DNA of 64,000 bases from Bacteroidales bacterium (GCA_024400635.1 JAKSMI010000004.1:22340-86339); one strand, 5' to 3'. Counted from the first letter of the stretch, positions 40,333-50,288 are shown. Notes: generated from the sequence alone by a model not told the origin. Translations and numbers: made by a program.

Positions 40333-40583
40333 TTACTGATTTCTCGCCACTTTCATGCTGCCGGTGCGTTTGAAATCTTCTTTGCGGACGCTGATTTGGG
40401 CAATTTTGCCGTTGGCAAGACAATGGTGTTCTCTTTATAATTATAGGTGACTTCCAAATTGGAAACAGCAGGTAGTTCTGCATATTCTTTTTCAATCCAT
40501 TCCAAAAATTCAGAAACAGTGGGAATATAACGCAGCCTTGCTTTTTCATCTTCAGGAATAGAATCATAGAAGTAATCTTTCAT
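40333..40583 (-). pseudogene. Small gene with an apparent frameshift (function unknown)
   Basis: The ORF from ATG 40583 (MKDYFYDSIPEDEKARLRYIP...) becomes low-complexity after about 40415. Another frame continues plausibly (ANGKIAQISVRKEDFKRTGSMKVARNQ*) to 40333. The total length of 251 nt is not a multiple of 3. Confidence 0.3.
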
Positions 40584-40710
40584 AATTAATGTATTTTAAC
40601 TTTTTCATATTCTTGATTAATACCTAATTAAAATTTTTAATTACGATAAATAAACAAATGCAATATTACAAAAAAATATGTTTCATTTCTCTTTTGGCGG
40701 ATAATTTTTG

Positions 40711-40718
40711 TACTTTTG
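40711..40718 (+). promoter_or_regulatory. Bacteroidota-type -7 promoter box (TACTTTTG)
   Basis: Lies 23 nt upstream of the ATG at 40741. Confidence 0.45.
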
Positions 40719-40740
40719 CCTTCTCAATAAAATATCCACA

Positions 40741-41241
40741 ATGATATCAATAGATATGAACCAAGAACCCACACTTAACGCCCACAACAAAGACGAATTT
40801 CCGCCAGCGCATACGGCGGAGCATTTGCTGAATCAGACCATGGGAAGAATGTTCGGCTGCGAGCGCAGTCGCAATACCCACGTCGAACGCAAGAAAAGCA
40901 AGATCAACTTCCTCTTGGAACGACCGCTTACGCAAGAAGAAGTGGCTGCCGTGGAGAGCAAAATCAATGAACTCATTGCCGCGGACCTACCCGTAACCTA
41001 CGAGTTTGTCACTCGCGACAATATTCCCGAAGGCGTAACCCTTGCCAAACTTCCAGAGAACGCGAGCGACGCCTTGCGTCTGGTACGCATTGGCGACTAC
41101 GACATTTGCGCCTGCTTAGGCACGCATGTGGCTTCAACCAAGGAAATCGGCACTTTCCGCATCACTTCCACCTCCTGGACACCTCTGGAAACCGGCGGCA
41201 GCTTTAGAATCGTCTTTAGAACTGAAATTAGTGAGCAGTGA
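40741..41241 (+). CDS. AlaX-like tRNA editing domain protein (tRNA_SAD)
   Basis: HTAEHLL and CACLGTHV zinc/editing motifs; 166 aa. Confidence 0.7.
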   Translation: MISIDMNQEPTLNAHNKDEFPPAHTAEHLLNQTMGRMFGCERSRNTHVERKKSKINFLLERPLTQEEVAAVESKINELIAADLPVTYEFVTRDNIPEGVTLAKLPENASDALRLVRIGDYDICACLGTHVASTKEIGTFRITSTSWTPLETGGSFRIVFRTEISEQ

Positions 41242-41332
41242 ACAGTGAGCAGTGAATTGTGAATCGTTTAGTAGAGACGCACATCCGTCCCTGTGTCTTA
41301 TTTAGCGAGCATAGCGAGCGGAAGGTTTATTT

Positions 41333-41701
41333 TTAATAAAACAGATGCTGCTTGCTCTTATTTACCCAGCCGGCTTCGTATTTGTAACTCGTGAAATAGA
41401 CTTTGATGTCGGCATCGTATTTATAATCAGTGAAATAAATCTTCTTTTTGGCATCATATTTATAGTCGGTAAAATACCATAAACCTTTGTTGCCTTCAAC
41501 TTCGTATTTGTAATTGCATTTGTAAACGATTAGGTCCGCCTCGTACTTGTACTGCGTTACATATACTTTTACATCAGCATCGTATTTATACTGAGTCGAA
41601 TAAACCAACTGGGCAAAACTCGTTGCCGGTAGGAAGCTGATGAACGTAATCGTCAGTGCTATAATGATTTGTACTAGTTTTCCTTTGAAAATATTATTCA
41701 T
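41333..41701 (-). CDS. Small secreted tandem-repeat protein (YKY[DE]AD repeats; possibly DUF6150-like)
   Basis: ATG at 41701 and a signal peptide ending SFAQ. It has 5-6 repeats of about 13 aa ([ST]xYKY[DE]ADxKVY[FV]) and a C-terminal AGWVNKSKQHLFY. Confidence 0.6.
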   Translation of the reverse strand: MNNIFKGKLVQIIIALTITFISFLPATSFAQLVYSTQYKYDADVKVYVTQYKYEADLIVYKCNYKYEVEGNKGLWYFTDYKYDAKKKIYFTDYKYDADIKVYFTSYKYEAGWVNKSKQHLFY

Positions 41702-41814
41702 GATTTTAAAAATTTGAAAGTGCAAAGATAATGAATTGTGTTTAATTGATGAATCTTTGATTTATTTCTCGGCAAAAATCTGATAAAAATTGGTGTTCGT
41801 ATTTAATATTTTTG

Positions 41815-41822
41815 TACTTTTG
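41815..41822 (+). promoter_or_regulatory. Bacteroidota-type -7 promoter box (TACTTTTG)
   Basis: Lies 30 nt upstream of the ATG at 41852. Confidence 0.45.
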
Positions 41823-41851
41823 CAGATTATTATCATTAAATAGGAATTAAT

Positions 41852-42769
41852 ATGAAAAAAACGTTGACACTCCTCCTGATAGCCGTACTTTCGTGCGTCC
41901 TTTTCTCTTCATGCAATAAATACGAGGAGTCGATGTATAACAAGTCAAAACATCAGATTCAATATGTCTGGTACAAAAGCAATGTTGGCGATCCTAACGA
42001 AACCTTTACCTATGACAAACATCATTTGCTGACAGACATAACCATCCTTGATACTGCGCATATTGGCGGAGTTCTTGCTGAGAATTATAAGTTTGAATAC
42101 AATAAGGATAAAACCGTTAGTAAAGTTTTTTATACTGATGGTGATTTAGAAGAAACCATTACTTTTGCCTATCTCAACAAGTACGTGAAATATATGTCCT
42201 ATTCCATCAATGGCGAAGTTAGACTATTGTGCAACTTTTATCGTGATGATGAAAAAGCGGCAAAAATCACCCGTATCACAGAGGTTTATGACCATACGTT
42301 TTTCGAAGATATGCATCTCTTGAGTGCCACAAGCCTTTATAATCGTTTTATTGGTAATCTTCAAGAAATGAGAGATTTATCAACATCAATGAATAGTAAG
42401 GCTTTAACTCTATATTGCAATAAGACGGTCACTTATCAGGGTGAGAATGTGGTTTCCCTCGAATCAGAATATCCCGATTTGCTAAAGAAGGTGGTCGTTA
42501 ATTTTTCCTATGCGGATGTCATGAATCCTTATTACGGACTCAATTATGCTTATTCAGACGAACTGCTGGGATTTTCTCGGAACATGCCTGCTGAAAAAAC
42601 AATTTCCACTTATTATGGTGGCAATTTAACAGAATCAGAAATTATTGCCTACGATTACAAAGATGTGAATAAGGACAAATATCCTCGAATGTTCACTTCT
42701 GCGTCAAGCAAGGATGCGGGCATCGCTTTCAAAACATATATCCATTACTTTAGTGAATATCAAGACTAG
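41852..42769 (+). CDS. Lipoprotein of unknown function
   Basis: Signal peptide with a lipobox (LFSSC). No motif recognised. Confidence 0.6.
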   Translation: MKKTLTLLLIAVLSCVLFSSCNKYEESMYNKSKHQIQYVWYKSNVGDPNETFTYDKHHLLTDITILDTAHIGGVLAENYKFEYNKDKTVSKVFYTDGDLEETITFAYLNKYVKYMSYSINGEVRLLCNFYRDDEKAAKITRITEVYDHTFFEDMHLLSATSLYNRFIGNLQEMRDLSTSMNSKALTLYCNKTVTYQGENVVSLESEYPDLLKKVVVNFSYADVMNPYYGLNYAYSDELLGFSRNMPAEKTISTYYGGNLTESEIIAYDYKDVNKDKYPRMFTSASSKDAGIAFKTYIHYFSEYQD

Positions 42770-42775
42770 ACTGTA

Positions 42776-43432
42776 ATGAAGATTCAAAAGGAAGGGCTTC
42801 CCATTATTTGCATTATGACCATTTTAATAGCGGTCATTCTCTGCTTCGATTTTCTTTTTTTATCTCTCCATTGGTGCGTCAGCGTAATTCTTAGTATTGC
42901 TCTGTTGGCATTCTTGTATATGATTATTCGATTTTTCAGGAATCCCAAACGTATCGTTAATAGAACAGAAGACGGTATCCTTTCGCCTGCTGACGGTACG
43001 ATTGTCAATGTCGAAAAGGTTTATGAAAAGGAATATTTCAAAGACGAACGCATCATTGTGTCGATTTTTATGTCGGCCCACAACGTTCATGTCAACAGCT
43101 ATCCCATTGATGGCGTGGTAGATTATGTCGGCTATCATCCGGGAAAATATCTCATCGCCAAGTTGCCGAAATCTTCAACTGATAACGAACATAATTCCGT
43201 GGTGGTCAAACAGAGCGAAGACCGTGTGGTGCTTTTCCGTCAAATTGCTGGTTTCGTCGCCCGCCGCATCGTTTGTTATGCCGAACCGGGCATGATTGTT
43301 AAGCAGGGCGATGAAATGGGAATGATTAAATTCGGTTCCCGCGTGGATGTGTTCCTTCCTCTTGATGCCACTGTCGAAGTGAAAATCGGTGACAGTGTCA
43401 GATCGAAAAAAAGCGTCTTAGCTTATTTCTGA
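42776..43432 (+). CDS. psd: Phosphatidylserine decarboxylase family protein
   Basis: 218 aa with N-terminal TM helices and the FGSR self-cleavage-type motif near the C-terminus. Confidence 0.7.
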   Translation: MKIQKEGLPIICIMTILIAVILCFDFLFLSLHWCVSVILSIALLAFLYMIIRFFRNPKRIVNRTEDGILSPADGTIVNVEKVYEKEYFKDERIIVSIFMSAHNVHVNSYPIDGVVDYVGYHPGKYLIAKLPKSSTDNEHNSVVVKQSEDRVVLFRQIAGFVARRIVCYAEPGMIVKQGDEMGMIKFGSRVDVFLPLDATVEVKIGDSVRSKKSVLAYF

Positions 43433-43433
43433 G

Positions 43434-45407
43434 ATGAAAATCAGCATAGTTATTGTCAATTATAATGTACAGCATTTTCTGGAACAATGCTTGCACTCGG
43501 TATTTGTTGCCTTGGAAGGCATTGATGGTGAAGTGTGGGTGGTGGACAATAACTCCGTTGATGGTTCCTTGGCCATGTTGGAGCGGAAGTTTCCACAGGT
43601 GAAACTCATTGCCAACAAGGAAAATGTGGGTTTCGCCCGTGCCAATAACCAGGCCATCCGCCAAGCTGTCGGCGAATATGTGCTCCTCCTCAATCCCGAT
43701 ACATTGGTCGAACCCGATACGTTTCGACTTTGCCTCGACTTCATGGACCAAACTCCTGATGCCGGTGGCTTGGGGGTCAAAATGCTTGACGGAAACGGCA
43801 ATTTCCTGCCCGAGTCCAAACGAGGCCTGCCCGTGCCTTCCGTGGCTTTTTACAAGATTTTCGGACTGTCGAAGCTCTTCCCGAAATCAAAGAAATTCGG
43901 AGCTTACCACTTGACATATCTTGATAAGGACGAAATTCATTCCGTCGATGTACTGTCCGGTGCTTTTATGCTGATGCGTAAAAGTGTCTTGGATAAGGTT
44001 GGGCTGCTTGATGAGGATTATTTTATGTATGGTGAAGACATTGACCTGTCATATCGTATTACTTTGGGCGGCTATAAGAATTACTATTTTCCAAAGACCA
44101 GGATTATCCATTATAAAGGAGAAAGCACCAAGAAAAGCAGTGTCAATTACGTTTATGTTTTTTACAATGCAATGCGGATTTTTGCTGAAAAGCATTTTTC
44201 CAATAAGAATGCCCGCCTTTTCGGATGGCTTATCAATTTGGCCATTGCTTTTCGCGCGTCTTTGGCTGTGTTGAGTCGTTTTTTTAAAGCCGTTCTTTTG
44301 CCTTTGGTAGATGCCGCGGTGATTTGTGGAGGCGTCTTCGCTTTGTCTAAGTATTGGGAAATCAATATTTTAATGGAAAGGAATAGCAGTTTTCCTCCAA
44401 TTTATCGAAGAGTGTTTATTCCGTTATACATTCTTATATGGATATTGTCGATGGCTTGCTGTGGCGGTTATCGGAAACCATTTGCCGCTCGTAAAGCCAA
44501 CAAGGGAATTCTGATAGGTACTGTCATCATTTTGCTGATTTATTCCTTGTCTCCCGAAACCTACCGATTTTCTCGTGCCGTGACGATTTTCGGTGCAATG
44601 TGGACCATTCTCGGCGTGAATATGGTACGCTATCTGATGCGTAAATTAAATATAGGAAGTGCGATTTTCGGAGGCAAAGACAAACGCCGTATTGCCGTCG
44701 TCGGTGGTAATGGCGAGGTACAGCGTGTGGCAACGTTAGTTCGAATCGTTAATAGGAAATGTGATTTTATCGGACTTGTCTTTGATGATTATGATTCTGA
44801 TAATCAAGAAAATAAATTTAGTTATTTAGGTAAAAAATCTCAACTGAAGGATATCATCAGCATCTATCGCATTAACGAATTGGTTTTTTGTTCAAAGGAT
44901 TTGACAGCGGATGCGATTATCAGTCTGATGACGCAGCTTCAGGATTGCCAGGTGGAATACAAGATTGCGCCAGAGGAAAGCGATTCGATCATCGGCAGCA
45001 ACAGTATCAATACTTATGATGAAATTTATGCTGTATCGGTCAACAGCTTGACAACGCCGCAAAATCGCCGCAGGAAACGTTGTTTTGATATTCTGTCGGC
45101 GCTTTTATTGGGACTGTTTTTACCCATTGATGTCTGGTTTGTAAGCGACAAGGGAGGTTTCGTTCGCAACATTGTGAAAGTGCTATGTGGCCGCAAGAGT
45201 TGGGTGGGGGTGCGCGGTAGTGCCGATGCGGACCAACTGTCTGAAATTAAAAACGGGGTGTTGTCCCCAGCCGACGCCTTTCATCTGGCACAGGAAGATG
45301 CCTCTATTCTTCACAAAATCAATATGATGTATGTGAAGGATTATTCCATCGGAAGCGATTTCAATATTTTATGCAAAGGATTCGGATTTTTAGGAAGACA
45401 GGACTAA
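43434..45407 (+). CDS. GT2 glycosyltransferase fused to a TM region and a degenerate polyprenyl-phosphate sugar transferase-like tail
   Basis: The N-terminus (ISIVIVNYNVQHFLEQCL, VDNNSVDGS, NPDT) is GT2. A central block of about 5 TM helices follows. The C-terminus (RRKRCFDILSALLLGLFLP ... GRKSWVG ... YVKDYSIGSDFNIL) resembles the ends of the Bac_transf domain, but the core is missing. Confidence 0.6.
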   Translation: MKISIVIVNYNVQHFLEQCLHSVFVALEGIDGEVWVVDNNSVDGSLAMLERKFPQVKLIANKENVGFARANNQAIRQAVGEYVLLLNPDTLVEPDTFRLCLDFMDQTPDAGGLGVKMLDGNGNFLPESKRGLPVPSVAFYKIFGLSKLFPKSKKFGAYHLTYLDKDEIHSVDVLSGAFMLMRKSVLDKVGLLDEDYFMYGEDIDLSYRITLGGYKNYYFPKTRIIHYKGESTKKSSVNYVYVFYNAMRIFAEKHFSNKNARLFGWLINLAIAFRASLAVLSRFFKAVLLPLVDAAVICGGVFALSKYWEINILMERNSSFPPIYRRVFIPLYILIWILSMACCGGYRKPFAARKANKGILIGTVIILLIYSLSPETYRFSRAVTIFGAMWTILGVNMVRYLMRKLNIGSAIFGGKDKRRIAVVGGNGEVQRVATLVRIVNRKCDFIGLVFDDYDSDNQENKFSYLGKKSQLKDIISIYRINELVFCSKDLTADAIISLMTQLQDCQVEYKIAPEESDSIIGSNSINTYDEIYAVSVNSLTTPQNRRRKRCFDILSALLLGLFLPIDVWFVSDKGGFVRNIVKVLCGRKSWVGVRGSADADQLSEIKNGVLSPADAFHLAQEDASILHKINMMYVKDYSIGSDFNILCKGFGFLGRQD

Positions 45408-46690
45408 GCAAAACCGTTTTAGGCTTGGCTTTGCCTAATATTATCACCAACATCACGGTGCCTTTGTTGGGTATGGTGGATTTGGCCATTGTGGGGCACA
45501 TTGGCAATGCCACATACATCGGTGCCATCGCTTTGGGGACGATGATTTTCAATTTGATTTATTGGAATTTCGGCTTTTTGCGTATGGGGACCAGTGGTTT
45601 TACGGCGCAAGCTTATGGCGCTGGAGATCTTGATGAAGCATTGCGAATTATGGTCAGAGGAGTGGCTATCGCACTGTCGGCGGCGGCACTGCTCATCATT
45701 TTGCAGTATCCTATCGCCCTCTTGTGCCGCCGCCTCATCAACAGCAGTCCGGAAGTCATGGAACTGGCCCTCACGTATTTCTTTGTCCGTATTTGGGCGG
45801 CACCTGCCACCCTCGGACTCTACGTTTTCAAAGGCTGGTTCATCGGAATGCAAAACTCCAAAGATCCCATGTGGATAGCTATCATATTAAACATCATCAA
45901 TATCGTGTTCAGTTTGCTATTCGTCATGGTTTGGCACCTGGGGATAAAAGGTGTCGCGTTGGGTACCGTTCTGGCCCAATATTCCGGACTGCTGATGGCT
46001 TTGGTGTTGTGGCGCGTGAAATATGGTCATTTGCGCCACCATTTCGATATCAAAGGCAGTTTGCATTGGACGGAAATGAAACGATTTTTCAGAGTCAATG
46101 GCGATATTTTCTTGCGGACACTCTGCTTGGTGGCTGTCTTCACGTTCATTCCAGCCATTTCAGCTTCGATGGGCGACAGCATTTTGGCGGCCAACACCTT
46201 GCTGATGCAGCTGTTTACCCTATTTTCCTATATTATGGATGGCTTTGCATATGCGGGCGAGTCGTTGGTGGGACGCTTTATCGGTGCCAAGGACCAGCAG
46301 AATCTGGCGAAAACAATACGCTGCCTGTTGCGTTGGGGAATGCTGCTGACGCTCTTGTTTACAGTGCTGTATGCTTTCTGGGGCGAAGCGATTCTGTCGC
46401 TGCTTACCAATGATGCCGATGTCATTGCTGAAGCCATGCAATATATGCTTTGGACACTGCTCGTGCCGATTACGGGCTTTAGCGCATTTCTGTTTGACGG
46501 TATTTACATTGGTGCAACCGCCTCTAAATCAATGCGAAATATTATGTTTATTGCCACGGCGGCCTTCTTTGCGGCTTATTACGCCTTGAATCCTTTTTTA
46601 TTTAATAATGGCTTGTGGATTGCCTTCTTGATTTTCCTCACTTTGCGTGGCGTTTTGATGTGGGCACGGTGGAGAGAAGAACTAAACTAA
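45371..46690 (+). CDS. MATE-family efflux transporter
   Basis: 439 aa with 12 TM helices and the N-terminal LALPNIITNITVPLLGMVD motif. Overlaps the previous gene by 37 nt. Confidence 0.75.
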   Translation: MQRIRIFRKTGLSKTVLGLALPNIITNITVPLLGMVDLAIVGHIGNATYIGAIALGTMIFNLIYWNFGFLRMGTSGFTAQAYGAGDLDEALRIMVRGVAIALSAAALLIILQYPIALLCRRLINSSPEVMELALTYFFVRIWAAPATLGLYVFKGWFIGMQNSKDPMWIAIILNIINIVFSLLFVMVWHLGIKGVALGTVLAQYSGLLMALVLWRVKYGHLRHHFDIKGSLHWTEMKRFFRVNGDIFLRTLCLVAVFTFIPAISASMGDSILAANTLLMQLFTLFSYIMDGFAYAGESLVGRFIGAKDQQNLAKTIRCLLRWGMLLTLLFTVLYAFWGEAILSLLTNDADVIAEAMQYMLWTLLVPITGFSAFLFDGIYIGATASKSMRNIMFIATAAFFAAYYALNPFLFNNGLWIAFLIFLTLRGVLMWARWREELN

Positions 46691-46923
46691 TGATTATTCT
46701 CCAGGCCATGATACGCTTGAAAATAATGCTACAGGATTTTCTGTTGTTCCAGCCGGTTACTACGGACAGATTTTCAGCAGTTTCCGTTACGGTGCGTATT
46801 TTTGTCCGCTACGCAGTATGATAGCAATCATGCCTATTGTCGGCGTTTGACCTACTTTCAAACCTTCGTTAACAGAAGTTTCCTGAACTATGAATATGCC
46901 TTTTCAGTCCGTTGTGTGAAAAA

Positions 46924-48300
46924 TTAATGATTTATCACCAACTTCGGCTCATTCAACCTTATCCGCATCCACTTCAACAACGCGGCTTTTTGCTCTTCAC
47001 TCATGTCTTGTTTTGATTCTATGAATAGGGTGGGGATGGTGTCAGGTTTCATTGTCGTGGTGTTGGTATATACCAAACGCGAAACGGAAAAAGATGTGAT
47101 TTGCGGATATTGAACAGCTAATTCTTTGGCAATTTGCATGTTGGTTTCTGAATTGGTGCCAACACGGTTCAGCTCATTCTCCAATGATTTGATTTTTTCA
47201 TTGCGTTCTGCCAACAGTGCGTCTTTCTTTTCAAGCATATTCCCTATCAATTCTGATTCATTAATCGGATCAAAAGTATTGTTCGTCTGACGTACTATCA
47301 GATTGGCCTTGGGCAAGCTGTACTGCTTATGCATAATACTCTGCATCAAGGCAACATCTTCTTCCGAAATTTCACGTCCAATGATGGATAGGGTTATTTC
47401 TTGATTCTTCCGGCTGTATTCCTTCTTTACCGCAACTATCTGTGAATCTTCGAAATAGGGCTGATCTTGAATCTCTGTGACGAATTTGTTGGCTGATGAG
47501 TTGAACGAACTTTCCCTGACCACTTGGATGGCGATAATGATGCTCGGAATGATGACGATTATCGAAAACAAACTGATGTATCGTTTAACGGTTTTTGCCC
47601 TTGCCGCATCTTGATATTTTGTCTTTGGGAAATGTAAATATCTGACTATGATATAAGTAGATAGGGCAATGAAGAACGAATTGATGAAGAATAGATAGAA
47701 GGCTCCGAAAAAGTATTTGAACTGCGCGGTGGCAAGTCCGTAACCCGCCGTGCACAATGGCGGCATCAATGCGGTGGCAATGGCGACGCCAGAAATGACG
47801 GTGAAGTTCTGCGAGCGGCGTGAGGTGGCAATGATACCGGCTGCGCCACCAAAGAAGGCGATTAGTACATCAAAAATGGTAGGTCTTGTTCTTGCCAACA
47901 ACTCCGATTGTGCATCGCCCAATGGTGATAACAAAAAATAGGCAAAGGATGCCAATAGGCTGATTAACACCATGATACATAGATTGTTGAGGGATTTCTT
48001 CAGCAGGTCTGTATCCGATATGCCAATGGCAAGGCCGATGCCGTTGATAGGCCCCATCAAAGGGGAAATGAGCATGGCACCAATGATGACAGCCGTGGAG
48101 TTTACATTCAAGCCAATGGAGGCGACGATGATGGCAAAAAACAAAATCCATACATTCACCCCTTTGAAAACTACAGAACTGCTAATGCTGCTGACGGTGG
48201 CTTCATAATCAGTGTCCTCGTGAATGCGTATGGTCTTCTTGAACCATGCCAGCAGATTCCGCCACCAACGTACCCAAGTTGACTGTCCTTTCTTTTCCAT
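46924..48300 (-). CDS. DUF389-family membrane protein with an extended C-terminal domain
   Basis: GAMLISPLMGPI and the hydrophobic core as remembered for DUF389/TIGR00341 proteins. The last roughly 190 aa are soluble. Confidence 0.55.
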   Translation of the reverse strand: MEKKGQSTWVRWWRNLLAWFKKTIRIHEDTDYEATVSSISSSVVFKGVNVWILFFAIIVASIGLNVNSTAVIIGAMLISPLMGPINGIGLAIGISDTDLLKKSLNNLCIMVLISLLASFAYFLLSPLGDAQSELLARTRPTIFDVLIAFFGGAAGIIATSRRSQNFTVISGVAIATALMPPLCTAGYGLATAQFKYFFGAFYLFFINSFFIALSTYIIVRYLHFPKTKYQDAARAKTVKRYISLFSIIVIIPSIIIAIQVVRESSFNSSANKFVTEIQDQPYFEDSQIVAVKKEYSRKNQEITLSIIGREISEEDVALMQSIMHKQYSLPKANLIVRQTNNTFDPINESELIGNMLEKKDALLAERNEKIKSLENELNRVGTNSETNMQIAKELAVQYPQITSFSVSRLVYTNTTTMKPDTIPTLFIESKQDMSEEQKAALLKWMRIRLNEPKLVINH

Positions 48301-48570
48301 ATTTTTATCTTTGTAAATTATTGAAATTCAAAAATATTCCATTTTACAGGATTGCAAAGGCAAAAATACACATTTATTGCTTATGTATGAATAAGATATC
48401 GTATTTTTTTCAAAGGTGTTTAATGTTAATTGTTTATTGTTTATTTTCCTCGTCCTATATAGGCCCGCACTTCACGGTCGTTATACAGGCGGATGAAGGT
48501 TTTCATTTCAATCTACATTTATTTAGCATTTTGGCGTTAGGATTATATTGTCTATCGGACGTTATCTTTT

Positions 48571-49278
48571 TTATATTCCCCATTTGCTTGATATTTCGCG
48601 ACAGTACTCTTCATGTTGTTGTATGATAGTTGTGTTATCACCATTTGCAACAGCTTTTTCCAATTCGCAAATTATTTCCATTTTATCGCCGTAGGCGGCG
48701 GATCTCTCCGTTTGCAAGGAATCTAAAATGGAGACAACTTGATTTGGGTAGATGACAAACGTATTTTCGGGGATATTGCTGACATCCCGCAATATTGAAG
48801 TTCCGTAAAATACGACAACTGAATAAAATGGGACATCTTTGTTTTTGGTGAAACGTTGCTTCAATGCTTGTATATGCCCATCGTTCTGTTTTACGGGATT
48901 GTAAAACCGGTGTTTTTCCCGCCCGTATGCCAGAACTTGAGTCCATTGCTCCTGATTCCCTTTCCCAAATATCCATCCGCTGTAATCTTTCACTTCAAAA
49001 ACGATGATGCCTGCTTTTGTGGCGACAACAACATCTATTTGAGAATATTTTCCTTCAGTTCTTTTTACATACAGGTCGTGATAAATTGCCTTTGGATGAA
49101 TCCCATGTTTCAACAATTGTAAAACCAAATCCCGCTCCGACCATGTTCCTCTATCCAAGCGGGTGACAGTTGCGAGTAATTTTCTGTCTTCCCTTTTTTG
49201 CTTTATCGTAAGATATATCTTGAAAGATACAGCGATAAGGAGTGCGACAACCGCTACTGTCATTATAATGTCTGTCAT
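48571..49278 (-). CDS. NERD (nuclease-related) domain protein with an N-terminal TM helix
   Basis: A TM helix, then GTWSERDL...YHDLYV...YSQIDVVVATKAGIIVFEVKDYSGWIFG, which is the typical NERD core (D...EVK). Confidence 0.7.
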   Translation of the reverse strand: MTDIIMTVAVVALLIAVSFKIYLTIKQKREDRKLLATVTRLDRGTWSERDLVLQLLKHGIHPKAIYHDLYVKRTEGKYSQIDVVVATKAGIIVFEVKDYSGWIFGKGNQEQWTQVLAYGREKHRFYNPVKQNDGHIQALKQRFTKNKDVPFYSVVVFYGTSILRDVSNIPENTFVIYPNQVVSILDSLQTERSAAYGDKMEIICELEKAVANGDNTTIIQQHEEYCREISSKWGI

Positions 49279-49332
49279 GCTGCAATTTGTGTTTTATAAT
49301 GTACAATGGTTTGTTTTCCTGATTTTTTTTTC

Positions 49333-49367
49333 AATTCTTTCCAATATTTTAAAGATTGGAAAGAATT
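49333..49367. repeat. 35-bp palindromic element, copy 1 (aattctttccaat-N9-attggaaagaatt)
   Basis: 13-bp perfect arms. A near-identical copy lies at 50538-50572. Confidence 0.85.
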
Positions 49368-49436
49368 TTATTTAAAGACCTGCTCCACGTTCCTGCGGTT
49401 GCCGTCGATGGTGATTTGGATTTTATCCTGATTGAA
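49368..49436 (-). pseudogene. Fragment of an ndpA-like 3' region (left half of the split site)
   Basis: Reads FNQDKIQITIDGNRRNVEQ/VFK*. It matches RLDQKIQIIIDGNRENVEQ of the full gene up to the 9-bp core at 49379-49387, then diverges. Confidence 0.65.
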
Positions 49437-50288
49437 TCAAATGGCATCATCGTCTTTCGATTTCTTTTCGCCTTTCAGGGCTTTCTTTTCGTCGCTTTTC
49501 AAACGGCGTTCAACCTTTTTCACATCCTCAGCCGGTGGAAGATTTTCTGGCACGATTCCTCTTTCAATCAGCATTTTCCTAACGGCAAGATTGTTGTCAA
49601 CATGTTCCTTTTCAATGCTTTGCTCGCCCGACAAATCCTTAGCCTGAACATTGACGCTTGTCATTTCGGCTGCAAAATCCTTTGCCTTAATGCTGATTGT
49701 CGGTAGAAAATCGGCTATGGGACGACTATTTGGCACACCCATTTTTCTTTTCAGTTGCTGCGTGGTCAGATGGAACAAGGCTTGGTCGCCTTTCGAGCGG
49801 ATAATGGCAAATCCTTGGTCGTTCACACCTCTTTCATAAAGCACACCCGAAAGCTTCTTTTCCGTTTCCTGCAATTTTGCACGCGCTTTCACACGCTCCG
49901 CTTCCAACAGTCTCTGTTCCACAAGTTCAGCGCGGCGCGTCTGCACGGCAAAATAAGTCTGTGCAAATGCGATTTGCGGTTTCCGAGGGTCTCCGTTTTG
50001 TGCAATAAGATAGCAAGCGTAACGAGTCAGAAGGATGTCATCTATCTCATGCTGAGCACCTTTACCTGCTTCTATCACCTTGCTGACGTCAGCAAAGTGA
50101 TCCGATACTTTATTGCCAGCATTCCGGCATGATTCTTTTGCTTTGTCAACCGCATTCATAAAATTACGCCATTGCGAGTATCCCAAAATCGGATACAATT
50201 CTCTTGCGCTCCAACATTCCACGCCTTCCACCTCGGCCGCAGCCTGCTCAAACTGCTCAAACAACTGTTTTACTTCTTCTGTTTTCAT
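49437..50288 (-). CDS. dinD: DNA damage-inducible protein D
   Basis: [18 protein letters not shown]...[33 protein letters not shown] closely parallels E. coli DinD. ATG at 50288 (MKTEE) is conserved in the duplicated fragment; the track start at 50309 is GTG. Confidence 0.8.
   Translation of the reverse strand: MKTEEVKQLFEQFEQAAAEVEGVECWSARELYPILGYSQWRNFMNAVDKAKESCRNAGNKVSDHFADVSKVIEAGKGAQHEIDDILLTRYACYLIAQNGDPRKPQIAFAQTYFAVQTRRAELVEQRLLEAERVKARAKLQETEKKLSGVLYERGVNDQGFAIIRSKGDQALFHLTTQQLKRKMGVPNSRPIADFLPTISIKAKDFAAEMTSVNVQAKDLSGEQSIEKEHVDNNLAVRKMLIERGIVPENLPPAEDVKKVERRLKSDEKKALKGEKKSKDDDAI

Noticed and set aside
45724-46413. 229-aa ORF in an alternative plus-strand frame inside the MATE transporter gene
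   Set aside because: The MATE frame gives 12 clean TM helices. The alternative frame is Arg/Gly/His-rich, as expected from off-frame reading.
48441-48506. 21-codon minus-strand ORF MKTFIRLYNDREVRAYIGRGK* between the DUF389 and NERD genes
   Set aside because: It resembles the N-terminus of longer phage or antirepressor-type proteins I only vaguely recall. It is too short, and my memory of the family is too uncertain, to call it a gene or pseudogene. It may be another island remnant.
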